From a bacterium (GTDB taxonomy: Bacteria; Krumholzibacteriota; Krumholzibacteriia; JACNKJ01), in NCBI GenBank assembly GCA_024231955.1, contig JAAEPZ010000538.1, forward strand, positions 435,340 through 499,339: DNA of 64,000 nt. Reading direction: 5' to 3'. The translations under genes and the position numbers were made by a program. The notes under the pieces are model-generated. The model was not told where the DNA came from and made no database searches. It saw only the letters and a list, made by a program, of their open reading frames with translations. Every line of letters starts with the position of its first letter. Position 1 is the first letter of the stretch. Of this stretch, positions 26,311 through 35,068 are shown one piece after another.

Positions 26311-27960
26311 TTACTTTCCCTCCATCATTGCGGCAATGTCCGACTCCGCGTCCGTGATCCCCTTGATGTCGAAATTCTCGACCAGGACCTTGGCGACGTT
26401 CGGAGAGAGGAATGCAGGCAGGGTCGGTCCCAACCTGATACCCTTTACGCCAAGGTGGAGCAGGGCCAGCAACACGGCAACGGCTTTCTGCTCATACCAG
26501 GCGATATCGAAAGAGAGCGGCAGATCGTTGATGTCATCCAGAGCGAAGACCTCTTTGAGCTTCAGTGCGATTACGGCCAGCGAGTAGCTGTCGTTGCACT
26601 GACCCGCATCGAGCACGCGGGGGATGCCTCCGATGTCGCCCAGCTCCAGTTTATTATAGCGGTACTTGGCGCAGCCTGCGGTGAGGATGACGGTGCCCTC
26701 GGGCAGCTTCTCGGCAACCTCGGTGAAGTAGCTGCGTGTCTTCTGGCGACCGTCACAGCCGGCCATGACGACGAAGCGCTTGATCGCGCCGGTCTTGACG
26801 GCGTCCACCACCTTGTCGGCCAGAGCCAGCACCTGATTATGGGCGAAGCCGCCGACGATCTTGCCGGACTCCAGCTCGGAGGGAGCCTGGCAGCCTTTGG
26901 CCCGCTTGATGATGGCCGAGAAATCTTTCCGTTGCCCTTTTACCGCATCGGCGATGTGGGGGACATCGGGATAGGCAACCATGCCGGTCGTGAAGATACG
27001 ATCGGCGTAGGCGGCGGTGATCGGAACCATGCAGTTGGTGGTCATCAGGATCGGCCCGTTGAAGGAGGCGAACTCTTTCTTCTGGTCATACCAGGCGCCG
27101 CCGTAGTTGCCGACGAGATGATCGTACTTCTTGAAGGTGGGATAGTAGTGGGCGGGGAGCATTTCGCTGTGGGTGTAGACGTCGATACCAGTGCCCCTCG
27201 TCTGCTCGAGCAGATCCTCCAGATCCTTCAGGTCATGACCGGAGATCAGAATGCCGGGCTTGTCGCCGACACCGATGTTGACCTCGGTGATCTCGGGGTT
27301 GCCGTAGGTGGAGGTGTTGGCCGTGTCGAGCAAAGCCATGGTGGTGACGGCCACCTCACCGGCGCGGAGGTTGAGTCCGACGAGTTCATCGGCGGTGTGC
27401 TCGGCCGTCGTGGCCGCCAGCGCTTCGGACAGGAAGCTGTAGATTGTTTCGTCCTCGTGTCCCAGGGCCGCAGCGTGGTGGGAGTAGGCGGCGATGCCCT
27501 TGAGACCGTAGATCAGCAGTTCGCGGAGGGAGCGAACATCCTCGTGAGAGGTGGACAGGACGCCGATGGTCAGCGCCTTCCCGGCATACTCGTCCCTGTT
27601 TCCGGTCCAGGTGGCGGCTTCAGTGAGATTGTCCACGGCATCATCGCCCAGTTTGGCCATGATCAGGGATTTGAGTTCATCACGAATCGCGAAGGCCTGC
27701 TCAATCAGACTCACCAGCGATTCGTCGCTGAAATTGGCGTTGGTGATGGTCGTGAAGAGAGCGTCGGTGATGAAGCGGCCGGTGCCCTCTCTTGTGATAT
27801 CGTTTTCTCCGGCCAGTTTCTCGATCACCGAGATCCCTTTAAGGGCGAAGATCAGGAGATCCTGCAGGTTGGATGTGGTGTCAGCTTTGCCGCAAACACC
27901 CTTGATTTTGCAGCCGGTGTTGCCGGCGGCCTCCTGGCACTGGAAGCAAAACATGCTCAT
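26311..27960 (-). CDS. hcp: Hybrid cluster protein / hydroxylamine reductase (prismane protein)
   Basis: N-terminus [17 protein letters not shown]...GVCGK (Hcp cubane-cluster Cys motif). Length 549 aa. Conserved blocks throughout. Confidence 0.9.
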   Translation of the reverse strand: MSMFCFQCQEAAGNTGCKIKGVCGKADTTSNLQDLLIFALKGISVIEKLAGENDITREGTGRFITDALFTTITNANFSDESLVSLIEQAFAIRDELKSLIMAKLGDDAVDNLTEAATWTGNRDEYAGKALTIGVLSTSHEDVRSLRELLIYGLKGIAAYSHHAAALGHEDETIYSFLSEALAATTAEHTADELVGLNLRAGEVAVTTMALLDTANTSTYGNPEITEVNIGVGDKPGILISGHDLKDLEDLLEQTRGTGIDVYTHSEMLPAHYYPTFKKYDHLVGNYGGAWYDQKKEFASFNGPILMTTNCMVPITAAYADRIFTTGMVAYPDVPHIADAVKGQRKDFSAIIKRAKGCQAPSELESGKIVGGFAHNQVLALADKVVDAVKTGAIKRFVVMAGCDGRQKTRSYFTEVAEKLPEGTVILTAGCAKYRYNKLELGDIGGIPRVLDAGQCNDSYSLAVIALKLKEVFALDDINDLPLSFDIAWYEQKAVAVLLALLHLGVKGIRLGPTLPAFLSPNVAKVLVENFDIKGITDAESDIAAMMEGK

Positions 27961-28012
27961 ATTTGGAAACCCCTATTAGATGGCTTGTAAGGTTCGTTTA
28001 ACCGGATGCTTG

Positions 28013-28036
28013 ATTGTGGCATCCGAATACCACAAT
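28013..28036. promoter_or_regulatory. 24-bp palindrome ATTGTGG-N10-CCACAAT in the AT-rich hcp promoter region; candidate operator
   Basis: Perfect 7-bp inverted repeat centred ~65 bp upstream of the hcp start, inside the most AT-rich stretch of the window (28000-28140). Confidence 0.3.
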
Positions 28037-28390
28037 AGCAAGGATCAGGGAATATTCAATAGTCTGCAGGTGGTTTTTTTAATAATTTTCATGTAAAGTA
28101 TGGATGGTTGTTCCCAATAATCCCACGAAATGAATCAAGTCGGAATAATTGCGATAGCCCGGTGCGATTTGGGTTCCGTGGGGCTGAGGGTTCGATTAAG
28201 ATAACGGCAAAAAAGGGGGCTCCCAGGGGGATCGCTTGCTTCAGGCGTCGAAACGGGGGCACCTGCCGGTGAAATGCGGACCCGCGATCGCATCTCTTGC
28301 ATCTTGACCGGTCCTGGGATTGCATTGTGGAGGAGGAGCCCCCAGGAGGATGGGGGCTCGTAGTATTAAAGAATGATGCAGGCGTCAAAG

Positions 28391-28552
28391 ATTACTCTGC
28401 CGGTGAGAAATCATCTTTCCCGACGGCGCAGAGGGGACATTCAAAGTCGTCCGGGAGATCTTCGAAGGCTGTTCCCGGTGCGATCCCCTGCTCAGGCGCG
28501 CCGATCTCCGGATCGTAAACCCAGTCGCAAACGTCGCAAATGTATTTCTTCA
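28391..28552 (-). CDS. Rubredoxin (53 aa); not in the ORF track
   Basis: Reverse translation gives [53 protein letters not shown], with the two CxxC knuckles and WVYDP/GxxF motifs of rubredoxin. Confidence 0.85.
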
Positions 28553-28596
28553 TAATGACTCTCTTTCGAACAGATTGATAGTTGCGTCGGATCTCG

Positions 28597-29094
28597 TTAC
28601 CGCTTCACCGTGTCGGCCAGACTGGCCAGATAGCGTACATGGCTCATCTCCTCGGCAATAATCTCCTTAACATGCTCCCGTCCTTGACCCTCGGGTACTA
28701 TCTCCAGCAACGCCTGGTAGAAAATCACGGAATCCTTCTCCCGTTCGATCGCCGCGTGGATGATCTCTGCGGCATCCTCAACCATTACCGAGAAGTCCTC
28801 CGCCACCTCATCGATCTTGAAGATCTTGCCGTCGGCAATTGCCTGCAAATAGAGTGCGGCCTCTCCGTTGGGGTCGAATTGGGTCCCCTCCGCCAGTGCG
28901 CCGGTCAGGCTCTCCTTCAGATTCGTGAAGTGGTTGATATGACTGATCTCCCAATCCGCGAGTTGGAAAAAGAGCTTCTTTGCTTCCTGGTCATGAACGG
29001 TGTCCGCGGCTTTCAGATAGAAAGCCCGTGCGTTCTCTTCAAGTCGAACAGCGATTTGCAGTACTTCCTGTGCGTTAAACATTGTCATCTCCAA
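28597..29094 (-). CDS. Ferritin-like diiron protein of the rubrerythrin family (no rubredoxin domain)
   Basis: Four-helix-bundle-type ExxH motifs (EISH, EEMSH) and E-rich helices. Overlaps the 3' end of fprA by 20 nt. Confidence 0.6.
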   Translation of the reverse strand: MEMTMFNAQEVLQIAVRLEENARAFYLKAADTVHDQEAKKLFFQLADWEISHINHFTNLKESLTGALAEGTQFDPNGEAALYLQAIADGKIFKIDEVAEDFSVMVEDAAEIIHAAIEREKDSVIFYQALLEIVPEGQGREHVKEIIAEEMSHVRYLASLADTVKR

Positions 29095-30319
29095 CCTGGT
29101 TCGTGGACTCCGTTGCTGAATATCCCTTGCTCATAAGTGTGGCTCTGCGCGCCAGATCCATTCCGGCCAGTCGGCACCGCTCCAGGATCTCCGGAGTGGG
29201 GCGGAACTGAGCCTTGACGGGCTCATGTGTTATCTCCCAACGCATCTGCTCCAGCACATCGTTGATGGCCTCCGGTCCGCCTCGACTCCAACCGTAGGAC
29301 CCGAACGAGAAACCAGCCTTGTTGGACGGACGCAAGCCCTTCAGATAGGTCAGTGCGGCGGCGGCCATGGGCATCATCCCCGTGTTCAGGGTCGGGGAGC
29401 CGAAGGCGATTGCCGCGGCATCGAGCACCTCGGTCACCAGCCTGGTCAAGCTGGTGTGGCGGATGTGGAGCAGGTGCGTCTCGACCCCGGGTTGAGTCGC
29501 ACCCTCCAGGATCGCCTTGGCCATCTCCCCGGTACTGTTCCACATCGTGTCGTAGATGATCAGCACCTTGGGTTTCGGCTTGTAGGATGCCCAGTCGTGA
29601 TAGGCGGCGATGATCTTATCGATATGGCTGCGCCAGATGATGCCGTGACTGGGTGCGATCATCTCGATATCCAACCCTGCCGCCGCGGTCAGGACCTTCT
29701 TGACCCGCTGCCCGTAGGGCATGACGATGTTCGCGTAGTAGGCACGGGCCTCCTCCATTACCGTGGGCAGATCGACCTCATCGTCGAAACGTTGGGAGGA
29801 GGCGTAGTGCTGCCCGAAGGCATCCATTGAGAAAAGGATCTTCTCCTCGGGAACATAGGTGAACATGGATTCCGGCCAGTGCACCATCGGCGTGTTGATG
29901 AATTGAAGAGAGCGTTTGCCCAGAGGGAGGCGATCCCCGGTTGTCACCTCGTGAAACCGCCAGTCGCTCGTATCGAAATGTCTCCCGAGCGCCAGGCGAC
30001 ATTTGCTGTTGCAGACAACGGTGGCGTTGGGGAGAGCGGCCATGATCACGGGCATCGCGCTGGCGTGATCCGGCTCGGCGTGATTGCAGATGACATAGTC
30101 TATTTTGTCCGGGGTGGTCAGTGCGGCTATGTGCGCCAGCAGATCTTCGGCAAAGGGTGCCTTGACCGTGTCTATCAGGGCGACCTTTTCATCCCGTATC
30201 AGATAGGCATTGTAGGTGGCCCCCAGCTCGGTGTCGTAACCGTGAAAATCACGGACGATCCAGTCGACATGGCCTACCCAGTCAATTCCGTCACATAGCG
30301 TTGCTTTCATCGGCTCCAA
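29075..30319 (-). CDS. Flavodiiron protein (FprA / rubredoxin:oxygen oxidoreductase-like; metallo-beta-lactamase plus flavodoxin domains)
   Basis: Diiron site HAEPDH (HxExDH) in an MBL fold. C-terminal flavodoxin-like domain (KVLIIYDTMWNSTGEMAKAI...). Length 414 aa. Confidence 0.85.
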   Translation of the reverse strand: MEPMKATLCDGIDWVGHVDWIVRDFHGYDTELGATYNAYLIRDEKVALIDTVKAPFAEDLLAHIAALTTPDKIDYVICNHAEPDHASAMPVIMAALPNATVVCNSKCRLALGRHFDTSDWRFHEVTTGDRLPLGKRSLQFINTPMVHWPESMFTYVPEEKILFSMDAFGQHYASSQRFDDEVDLPTVMEEARAYYANIVMPYGQRVKKVLTAAAGLDIEMIAPSHGIIWRSHIDKIIAAYHDWASYKPKPKVLIIYDTMWNSTGEMAKAILEGATQPGVETHLLHIRHTSLTRLVTEVLDAAAIAFGSPTLNTGMMPMAAAALTYLKGLRPSNKAGFSFGSYGWSRGGPEAINDVLEQMRWEITHEPVKAQFRPTPEILERCRLAGMDLARRATLMSKGYSATESTNQVGDDNV

Positions 30320-30343
30320 CTCCTTGACCGTTGCCGTGGTTCA

Positions 30344-30799
30344 TCAATTTTCAGAGAGGATGTAGTCGTCGTATTCGATCTCGAAGCGCAGCTTATGCTT
30401 GGCCTCCTCCTGGGCAAGGGCCTGCAGCAGTTTCCTGAGTTTGGGATCATCGGCTTTGCCGGCCAGCCTGGTATAGAGGGCGAAAGCCGCCTTCTCCCGC
30501 TTCATGGCCAGGATCAGCACCTTCCTGTAGTTAAGGTCCTCCGTCGGGTCAACCTCGACCAGATAGTCGACAATTTTCAGGTCGACTATCTCCTCATCGG
30601 AGGGAACCGCCATGTTCGATTCCCTGATGCTCTCCAGAATCGCTTTGTGCCCATCCTCCTCGACCGCAAACTCCTCCAGAGCCGCTGCCATGTCCGCGTT
30701 GTCCGATTTTGCGGCCAGATCGCGGTAAAACGCGGCCGCATTCTCTTCACTGTTGATGGCAAAGGTGAGGATATCTTCGAATGAGTTCCACTGTTTCAT
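30344..30799 (-). CDS. Ferritin-like diiron domain protein (rubrerythrin-like)
   Basis: ExxH motifs EEDGHKAI and QEEAKHKL. Length 151 aa. Confidence 0.55.
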   Translation of the reverse strand: MKQWNSFEDILTFAINSEENAAAFYRDLAAKSDNADMAAALEEFAVEEDGHKAILESIRESNMAVPSDEEIVDLKIVDYLVEVDPTEDLNYRKVLILAMKREKAAFALYTRLAGKADDPKLRKLLQALAQEEAKHKLRFEIEYDDYILSEN

Positions 30800-30851
30800 G
30801 GAGGTCCTTTCCTGCGCCGGGCGCCAGGCGCCCGGCGGTCAAAAATAGTAT

Positions 30852-31427
30852 CTACCAGTTTTCCGCAAGTAATTCGAAGTGGGCTCGAGCATGCGCGCAA
30901 GCCGGGCAGACAGCAGGGGCTTCAGACCCGTCGTGAACATAACCGCAGTTGCGGCAGATCCAACGGCCGCCGTCGTCACTGCTGAACACCTTGTCGGCGC
31001 GGACATTGGTCAACAGCGCCTTGAAGCGCTTCTCATGCTGTTTCTCGGCAACGGCAATCGCTCTGAAGACATCGGCGATGGCTCCGTAGCCCTCCTCATC
31101 GGCGACCTGGGCGAACTCGGGGTACATGCTTTCCCACTCATGCAGTTCACCGGCGGCCGAGGCCTCCAGATTCTCGGCGGTATCGCCGATAGTACCGGCC
31201 GGGAATGATGCGGTTATCGCCAGTTCGCCCCCCTCCAGGAACTTGAACAACCGCTTGGCGTGTTCCCGCTCCTGGTTCGCCGTCTCCTCGAAAATCGCCG
31301 CGATCTGAATGAAACCCTCTTTACGCGCCTTGCCGGCAAAGTAGGTGTAGCGATTCCGCGCCTGGGATTCACCCGCAAAGGCTGTCAGCAGGTTGGATTC
31401 GGTACGACTGCCTTTGATACTTTTCAT
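30852..31427 (-). CDS. rbr: Rubrerythrin (diiron ferritin-like domain plus C-terminal rubredoxin-like domain)
   Basis: ESQARNRYTYFA...EREHAKRLF...EGYGAIADVFRAIAVAEKQHEKRF. C-terminal CRNCGYVHDG...CPACAHA. Confidence 0.9.
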   Translation of the reverse strand: MKSIKGSRTESNLLTAFAGESQARNRYTYFAGKARKEGFIQIAAIFEETANQEREHAKRLFKFLEGGELAITASFPAGTIGDTAENLEASAAGELHEWESMYPEFAQVADEEGYGAIADVFRAIAVAEKQHEKRFKALLTNVRADKVFSSDDGGRWICRNCGYVHDGSEAPAVCPACAHARAHFELLAENW

Positions 31428-31445
31428 GGTTGCCCTCCGAACGGT

Positions 31446-31829
31446 TTACATCTCGGCTTGCCACAGACCGTGCAGGTTGCAGTAGGCCAGAACAGTTATC
31501 TTGTCGCCATCGATTGCGAAGAATGCTTCGGGCGTGCCGGTAGGCTTGAGGAACTCCCGGTAGGCCTTCCCGTCCACGATGACCTCAATCCACTCGATGA
31601 AGTGATCGAATCCCATGGGGTGCACAACCGAACCGACGGTGACCTTGACGCCCCCTTCGACCTTTTCGATTACCGGGATATGCTTTTCGGTGGCGGCCTC
31701 GGTGACATTGCCCTCAACGTGCGTCATCGGTTTGCCGCAGCATATCAGAGCTCCGTTGCCCTCCCGAACGACCTCCGTCATCATACCGCAAATCTCGCAA
31801 CGGTAAACCTGTAATTTCTCGACAGCCAT
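31446..31829 (-). CDS. dfx: Desulfoferrodoxin (2Fe superoxide reductase: desulforedoxin plus neelaredoxin domains)
   Basis: Start reassigned to ATG 31827-31829 (GGAGGT 8 nt upstream), giving MAVEKLQVYRCEICGMMTEVVREGNGALICCGKPM...KHIPVIEKVEGGVKVTVGSVVHPM...HFIEWIEV...AYCNLHGLWQ. Confidence 0.85.
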   Translation of the reverse strand: MAVEKLQVYRCEICGMMTEVVREGNGALICCGKPMTHVEGNVTEAATEKHIPVIEKVEGGVKVTVGSVVHPMGFDHFIEWIEVIVDGKAYREFLKPTGTPEAFFAIDGDKITVLAYCNLHGLWQAEM

Positions 31830-31903
31830 CTTAATTACCTCCATTACTTGCTGGGTTTGATTCCATGCGGCCCCCGCCTGGATGACGGGGGCCGGCAACT
31901 GGT

Positions 31904-32497
31904 TTACTCTTTGTGCGTGGCCAGGTATTCGGCGACACCCTCGGCGGTCGGCTTCATGGCATCATCACCTTCACGCCAGTTGGCGGGGCAGACTTCGCCG
32001 TGCTTTTCGGTGAACTGCAGGGCGTCAAGCATGCGCAGGGCTTCGTCCACGTTCCGGCCCAGAGGCAGATCATTGATTACCGCGTGACGCACGACCCCCT
32101 CTTTGTCGATCAGGAACAGTCCGCGCAGGGCCACGGAGTCGCCGAAGAGTACGCCGTAATCGCGCGAGATCTGCTTGGACAGATCGGCGACCAGAGGGAA
32201 GCGGATTTGTCCGATGCCCCCCTCTTCGACGGGTGTGTTCTTCCAGGCGTAGTGGGAGAACTGGGAGTCGACGGATACGCCCACCAGTTCGCAATTCTTG
32301 CCCTGGAACTTCTCGTATGCTCGATCAAAGGCGATTATCTCACTGGGGCAGACGAAGGTGAAATCCAGTGGGTAGAAGAACAGAACAGTGTACTTGCCGC
32401 GCAGGTCGCTCAGCTTGTACTCCTCATTGAAACTGTTATCGCCCATGACGGTCACGGCCGTGAAATCGGGTGCTTCCTTCGTAACGAGAGTGCTCAT
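31904..32497 (-). CDS. Typical 2-Cys peroxiredoxin (AhpC/Prx1 family)
   Basis: Start ATG 32495-32497 (AGGAG 6 nt upstream), giving [12 protein letters not shown]. Peroxidatic FTFVCPSEI and resolving EVCPANW motifs. Confidence 0.85.
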   Translation of the reverse strand: MSTLVTKEAPDFTAVTVMGDNSFNEEYKLSDLRGKYTVLFFYPLDFTFVCPSEIIAFDRAYEKFQGKNCELVGVSVDSQFSHYAWKNTPVEEGGIGQIRFPLVADLSKQISRDYGVLFGDSVALRGLFLIDKEGVVRHAVINDLPLGRNVDEALRMLDALQFTEKHGEVCPANWREGDDAMKPTAEGVAEYLATHKE

Positions 32498-32537
32498 TTT
32501 CAACTCCTTTGGGGCCAGTGGCCCTGATTGTTATTTA

Positions 32538-33059
32538 CTACTGATTATCCGCAATGTTGGCGATACTGACAGTCTGGCGTTCCCCCAGCTCCTTGTCCAG
32601 CATGTAGAGAAAGCCGGGGTGCTCCTGTCCCAGTTCGAACTTGTCCACGATCTCCTTGAATGTGGACTCCTCCTCGACCTGCTCATTGATGAACCACTGT
32701 AGGAAGGTCGAGGCTGCGTGGTCACGCTCTTCGAGAGCGATATCGACCAGATCGTTGATCATGGACGTGACCTTGTACTCGTGCTCAAGTGCATCCTTGA
32801 AAACGTTTATCGGGGAATCCCAATCGGTGGGTGGCGCGTCGATGGTGTCGAGCAGAACGCGGCCGCCCCGTTCGTTCAGGTAGTTGACGAAACGGATGGC
32901 GTGTCCGGCCTCCTCCTCGTAGTGAGCAAGTAACCAGCGGGCCATGCCGGAGAGCCCTTTGGACTCCATCCAGGCGGACATCGACAGATACAGGTAGTTG
33001 GAGTAGAACTCCGCGTTGATCTGGCGATTGATCGCTTCCTGAATCCTCGGCTTAATCAT
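32538..33059 (-). CDS. Non-heme ferritin (Ftn)
   Basis: Start at second ATG (AGGGAG 6 nt upstream): MIKPRIQEAINRQINAEFYSNYLYLSMSAW...EEAGHAIRF...LEHEYKVT.. (ferroxidase-centre residues). Confidence 0.8.
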   Translation of the reverse strand: MIKPRIQEAINRQINAEFYSNYLYLSMSAWMESKGLSGMARWLLAHYEEEAGHAIRFVNYLNERGGRVLLDTIDAPPTDWDSPINVFKDALEHEYKVTSMINDLVDIALEERDHAASTFLQWFINEQVEEESTFKEIVDKFELGQEHPGFLYMLDKELGERQTVSIANIADNQ

Positions 33060-33107
33060 CATTGACTCCCTTTCATCGAGTTTGGTTTGTCTGATGTGAT
33101 TCACTAA

Positions 33108-33506
33108 CTAGTGCTTCCGTAAGCAGTTGTGGCAGGTGCCCGTGTATTCCAGCCGCCATGAGTCGATTTCAAATCCGTCCAGCTCCTCAACATGACGGTC
33201 GAGCAACTCCTGCGCGGGAGCTGGAGCGTCGTAGACACTGCCGCATTTGGTGCACTCAAGGTGGCAGTGAGGGACAGTGTTACCGTCGAAACGGCTCTGG
33301 CCCGAGTTGCTGTCCAGCTTAAGAATCAGCCCCTGCCGCGCCATGACCTCCAGGTTGCGATACACCGTGCTCAGGCTGATTTTTGGCATCTCGGACCGAA
33401 CCATATCCAGGAGCTCTTGAGCGGTGGGGTGTGTAGTCACGCTACACAACTCCTTTAGAATCAGTGATCTCTGCTTGGTGTTTCTCTGGAAAGTATCATT
33501 ACTCAT
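33108..33506 (-). CDS. perR: Fur family regulator, PerR-like
   Basis: QRSLILKEL...HPTAQEL (DNA-binding), HCHLEC, TGTCHNC (structural Zn Cys4). The PerR assignment rests on its position heading a peroxide-stress gene run. Confidence 0.65.
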   Translation of the reverse strand: MSNDTFQRNTKQRSLILKELCSVTTHPTAQELLDMVRSEMPKISLSTVYRNLEVMARQGLILKLDSNSGQSRFDGNTVPHCHLECTKCGSVYDAPAPAQELLDRHVEELDGFEIDSWRLEYTGTCHNCLRKH

Positions 33507-33514
33507 GTTATCCC

Positions 33515-33545
33515 CTTATCGCTAATGAATATTATTAGCAATAAG
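33515..33545. promoter_or_regulatory. Fur/PerR-box-like inverted repeat in the divergent perR / hao promoter region
   Basis: CTTATCGCTAAT-gaatatt-ATTAGCAATAAG (11 of 12 arm matches), AT-rich, 9 bp upstream of the perR start codon. Confidence 0.4.
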
Positions 33546-33725
33546 GATCAGTTTGTCAACCATGTTTTTGGGATTATCTCCATTTTGAGACCCCGTATTA
33601 CGAAACCGGGAGATAATAGTGGTAATGTGGTACGGAAAAGGCTAAGGTCGATTCTGGCCAAGATCTCTCTCTTATATTCAACAGGCGTAGTCCTGATCAA
33701 TTATGCTCAGAAAAGGAGTCCTTCC

Positions 33726-35057
33726 ATGCGTAGAGCCTTAGTTGTCATGGTTCTGTTCATGTTTGTGTTGCCCGTCATAGCAATGGCGGCGACGGATGAG
33801 TCTGCCGTCGCCGGGGAATGTATGACCTGCCATAAAGAGAAAACACCCGGTTTGTACAAGCAGTGGTTCCAGTCGAATCATGCGCAGAACAACGTCTCTT
33901 GCCTGGATTGCCACGAGGCGAAACGTAATGAAAGTGATGCCTTCGAACATGAAGGTGCCTGGATCGCTACTTTGGTGACCCCAAAGGACTGCGGCTCCTG
34001 TCATGAAAAAGAGGCTGATCAGGTCGGCAACTCCTATCACGCCCATGCAGGTGAGATCCTGGAGTCGAAGGACGCTTACCTGGCCCACGCTGCCGGCGGT
34101 GATCCCGCTGCAATTGCCGGGTGTGCCAGCTGTCACGGCGCCAAGGTTGAGATTGATGAGAACTCACCCAACAAGCTGAGCCTGAAATCGTGGCCCAACT
34201 CGGGTATCGGACGGATCAATCCCGATGGCAGCAAGGGCTCCTGCACCGCGTGCCATACCCGCCATGCTTTCAGCAAAGCGCAGGCTCGTAAGCCCGAATC
34301 CTGCAGCAAGTGTCACCTCGGTCCCGATCATCCGCAAAAGGAGATCTACGAGGAGTCCAAGCACGGCAACGCTTACTACACGCATCTTGATGAAATGAAC
34401 ATCGATGCCGACCGCTGGGTTGTCGGACAGGACTACTGGGAGGCGCCCACCTGCGCCACCTGCCATATGTCCGCCACCATGAAGCAGGAGCTGACTCACG
34501 ATGTCGGCGAGCGGATCAGTTGGACACTTCGTCCTCCGGTATCGAAGATGAAGGACAACTGGGAGCAGAAGCGGGAGAATCTCAAGGATGTCTGTCACGC
34601 CTGCCATACGGTCTACTTTGTCGATGGCCATTACGCCCAGTTCGACGGTCTGGTGAACCTGTATAATGAAAAATTCGCCAAACCCGCCGGTGCGATCATC
34701 GCCAAGATCAAGGAGAAGAAGCTGCTGGAGAACCAAGCGGCCTTCAGTAATGAGATCGAGTGGGAGTACTGGGAGCTGTGGCACCATGAAGGTCGCAGGG
34801 CCCGTCACGGCGCAGCCATGATGGCCCCGGACTACACCTGGTGGCATGGCATCTACGATGTCGCTCACACCTTCTACTTCAAGTTCATACCGTCCGCGCT
34901 CGAGCTGGATGATCCGGAGGTCAATGCGATGATCGAGGAGATCATGCAGAGCCCGATGCACAATTGGGCGAAGAGGCCGACGGGTGAAATCAAGGCCGAT
35001 ATCAAATCGGGCAAGATGCAGAAGATGTATGAGGACTTCTACGGCGTGCATAAGTAG
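33726..35057 (+). CDS. HAO-family (hydroxylamine oxidoreductase-like) octaheme cytochrome c
   Basis: ATG 33726 with AAAGGAG RBS; signal peptide. Eight CXXCH: CMTCH, CLDCH, CGSCH, CASCH, CTACH, CSKCH, CATCH, CHACH. The size and spacing are typical of the HAO/epsilon-Hao family. Confidence 0.75.
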   Translation: MRRALVVMVLFMFVLPVIAMAATDESAVAGECMTCHKEKTPGLYKQWFQSNHAQNNVSCLDCHEAKRNESDAFEHEGAWIATLVTPKDCGSCHEKEADQVGNSYHAHAGEILESKDAYLAHAAGGDPAAIAGCASCHGAKVEIDENSPNKLSLKSWPNSGIGRINPDGSKGSCTACHTRHAFSKAQARKPESCSKCHLGPDHPQKEIYEESKHGNAYYTHLDEMNIDADRWVVGQDYWEAPTCATCHMSATMKQELTHDVGERISWTLRPPVSKMKDNWEQKRENLKDVCHACHTVYFVDGHYAQFDGLVNLYNEKFAKPAGAIIAKIKEKKLLENQAAFSNEIEWEYWELWHHEGRRARHGAAMMAPDYTWWHGIYDVAHTFYFKFIPSALELDDPEVNAMIEEIMQSPMHNWAKRPTGEIKADIKSGKMQKMYEDFYGVHK

Positions 35058-35068
35058 GGGGCGCGGAC

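Noticed and set aside
25897-27990. 697-aa plus-strand ORF
   Set aside because: Antisense to hcp, which has the unmistakable MFCFQCQE N-terminus on the minus strand.
28150-28215. tRNA-like GGGTTCGATTAAG stretch
   Set aside because: Resembles a T-loop at first glance, but there is no matching T-stem, acceptor stem or D-arm around it. Not a tRNA.
28089-28388. 99-aa minus-strand ORF downstream of the rubredoxin gene
   Set aside because: Overlaps a GAGCCCCC/GGGGGCTC hairpin and the AT-rich hcp promoter region. No RBS, and the composition is not protein-like.
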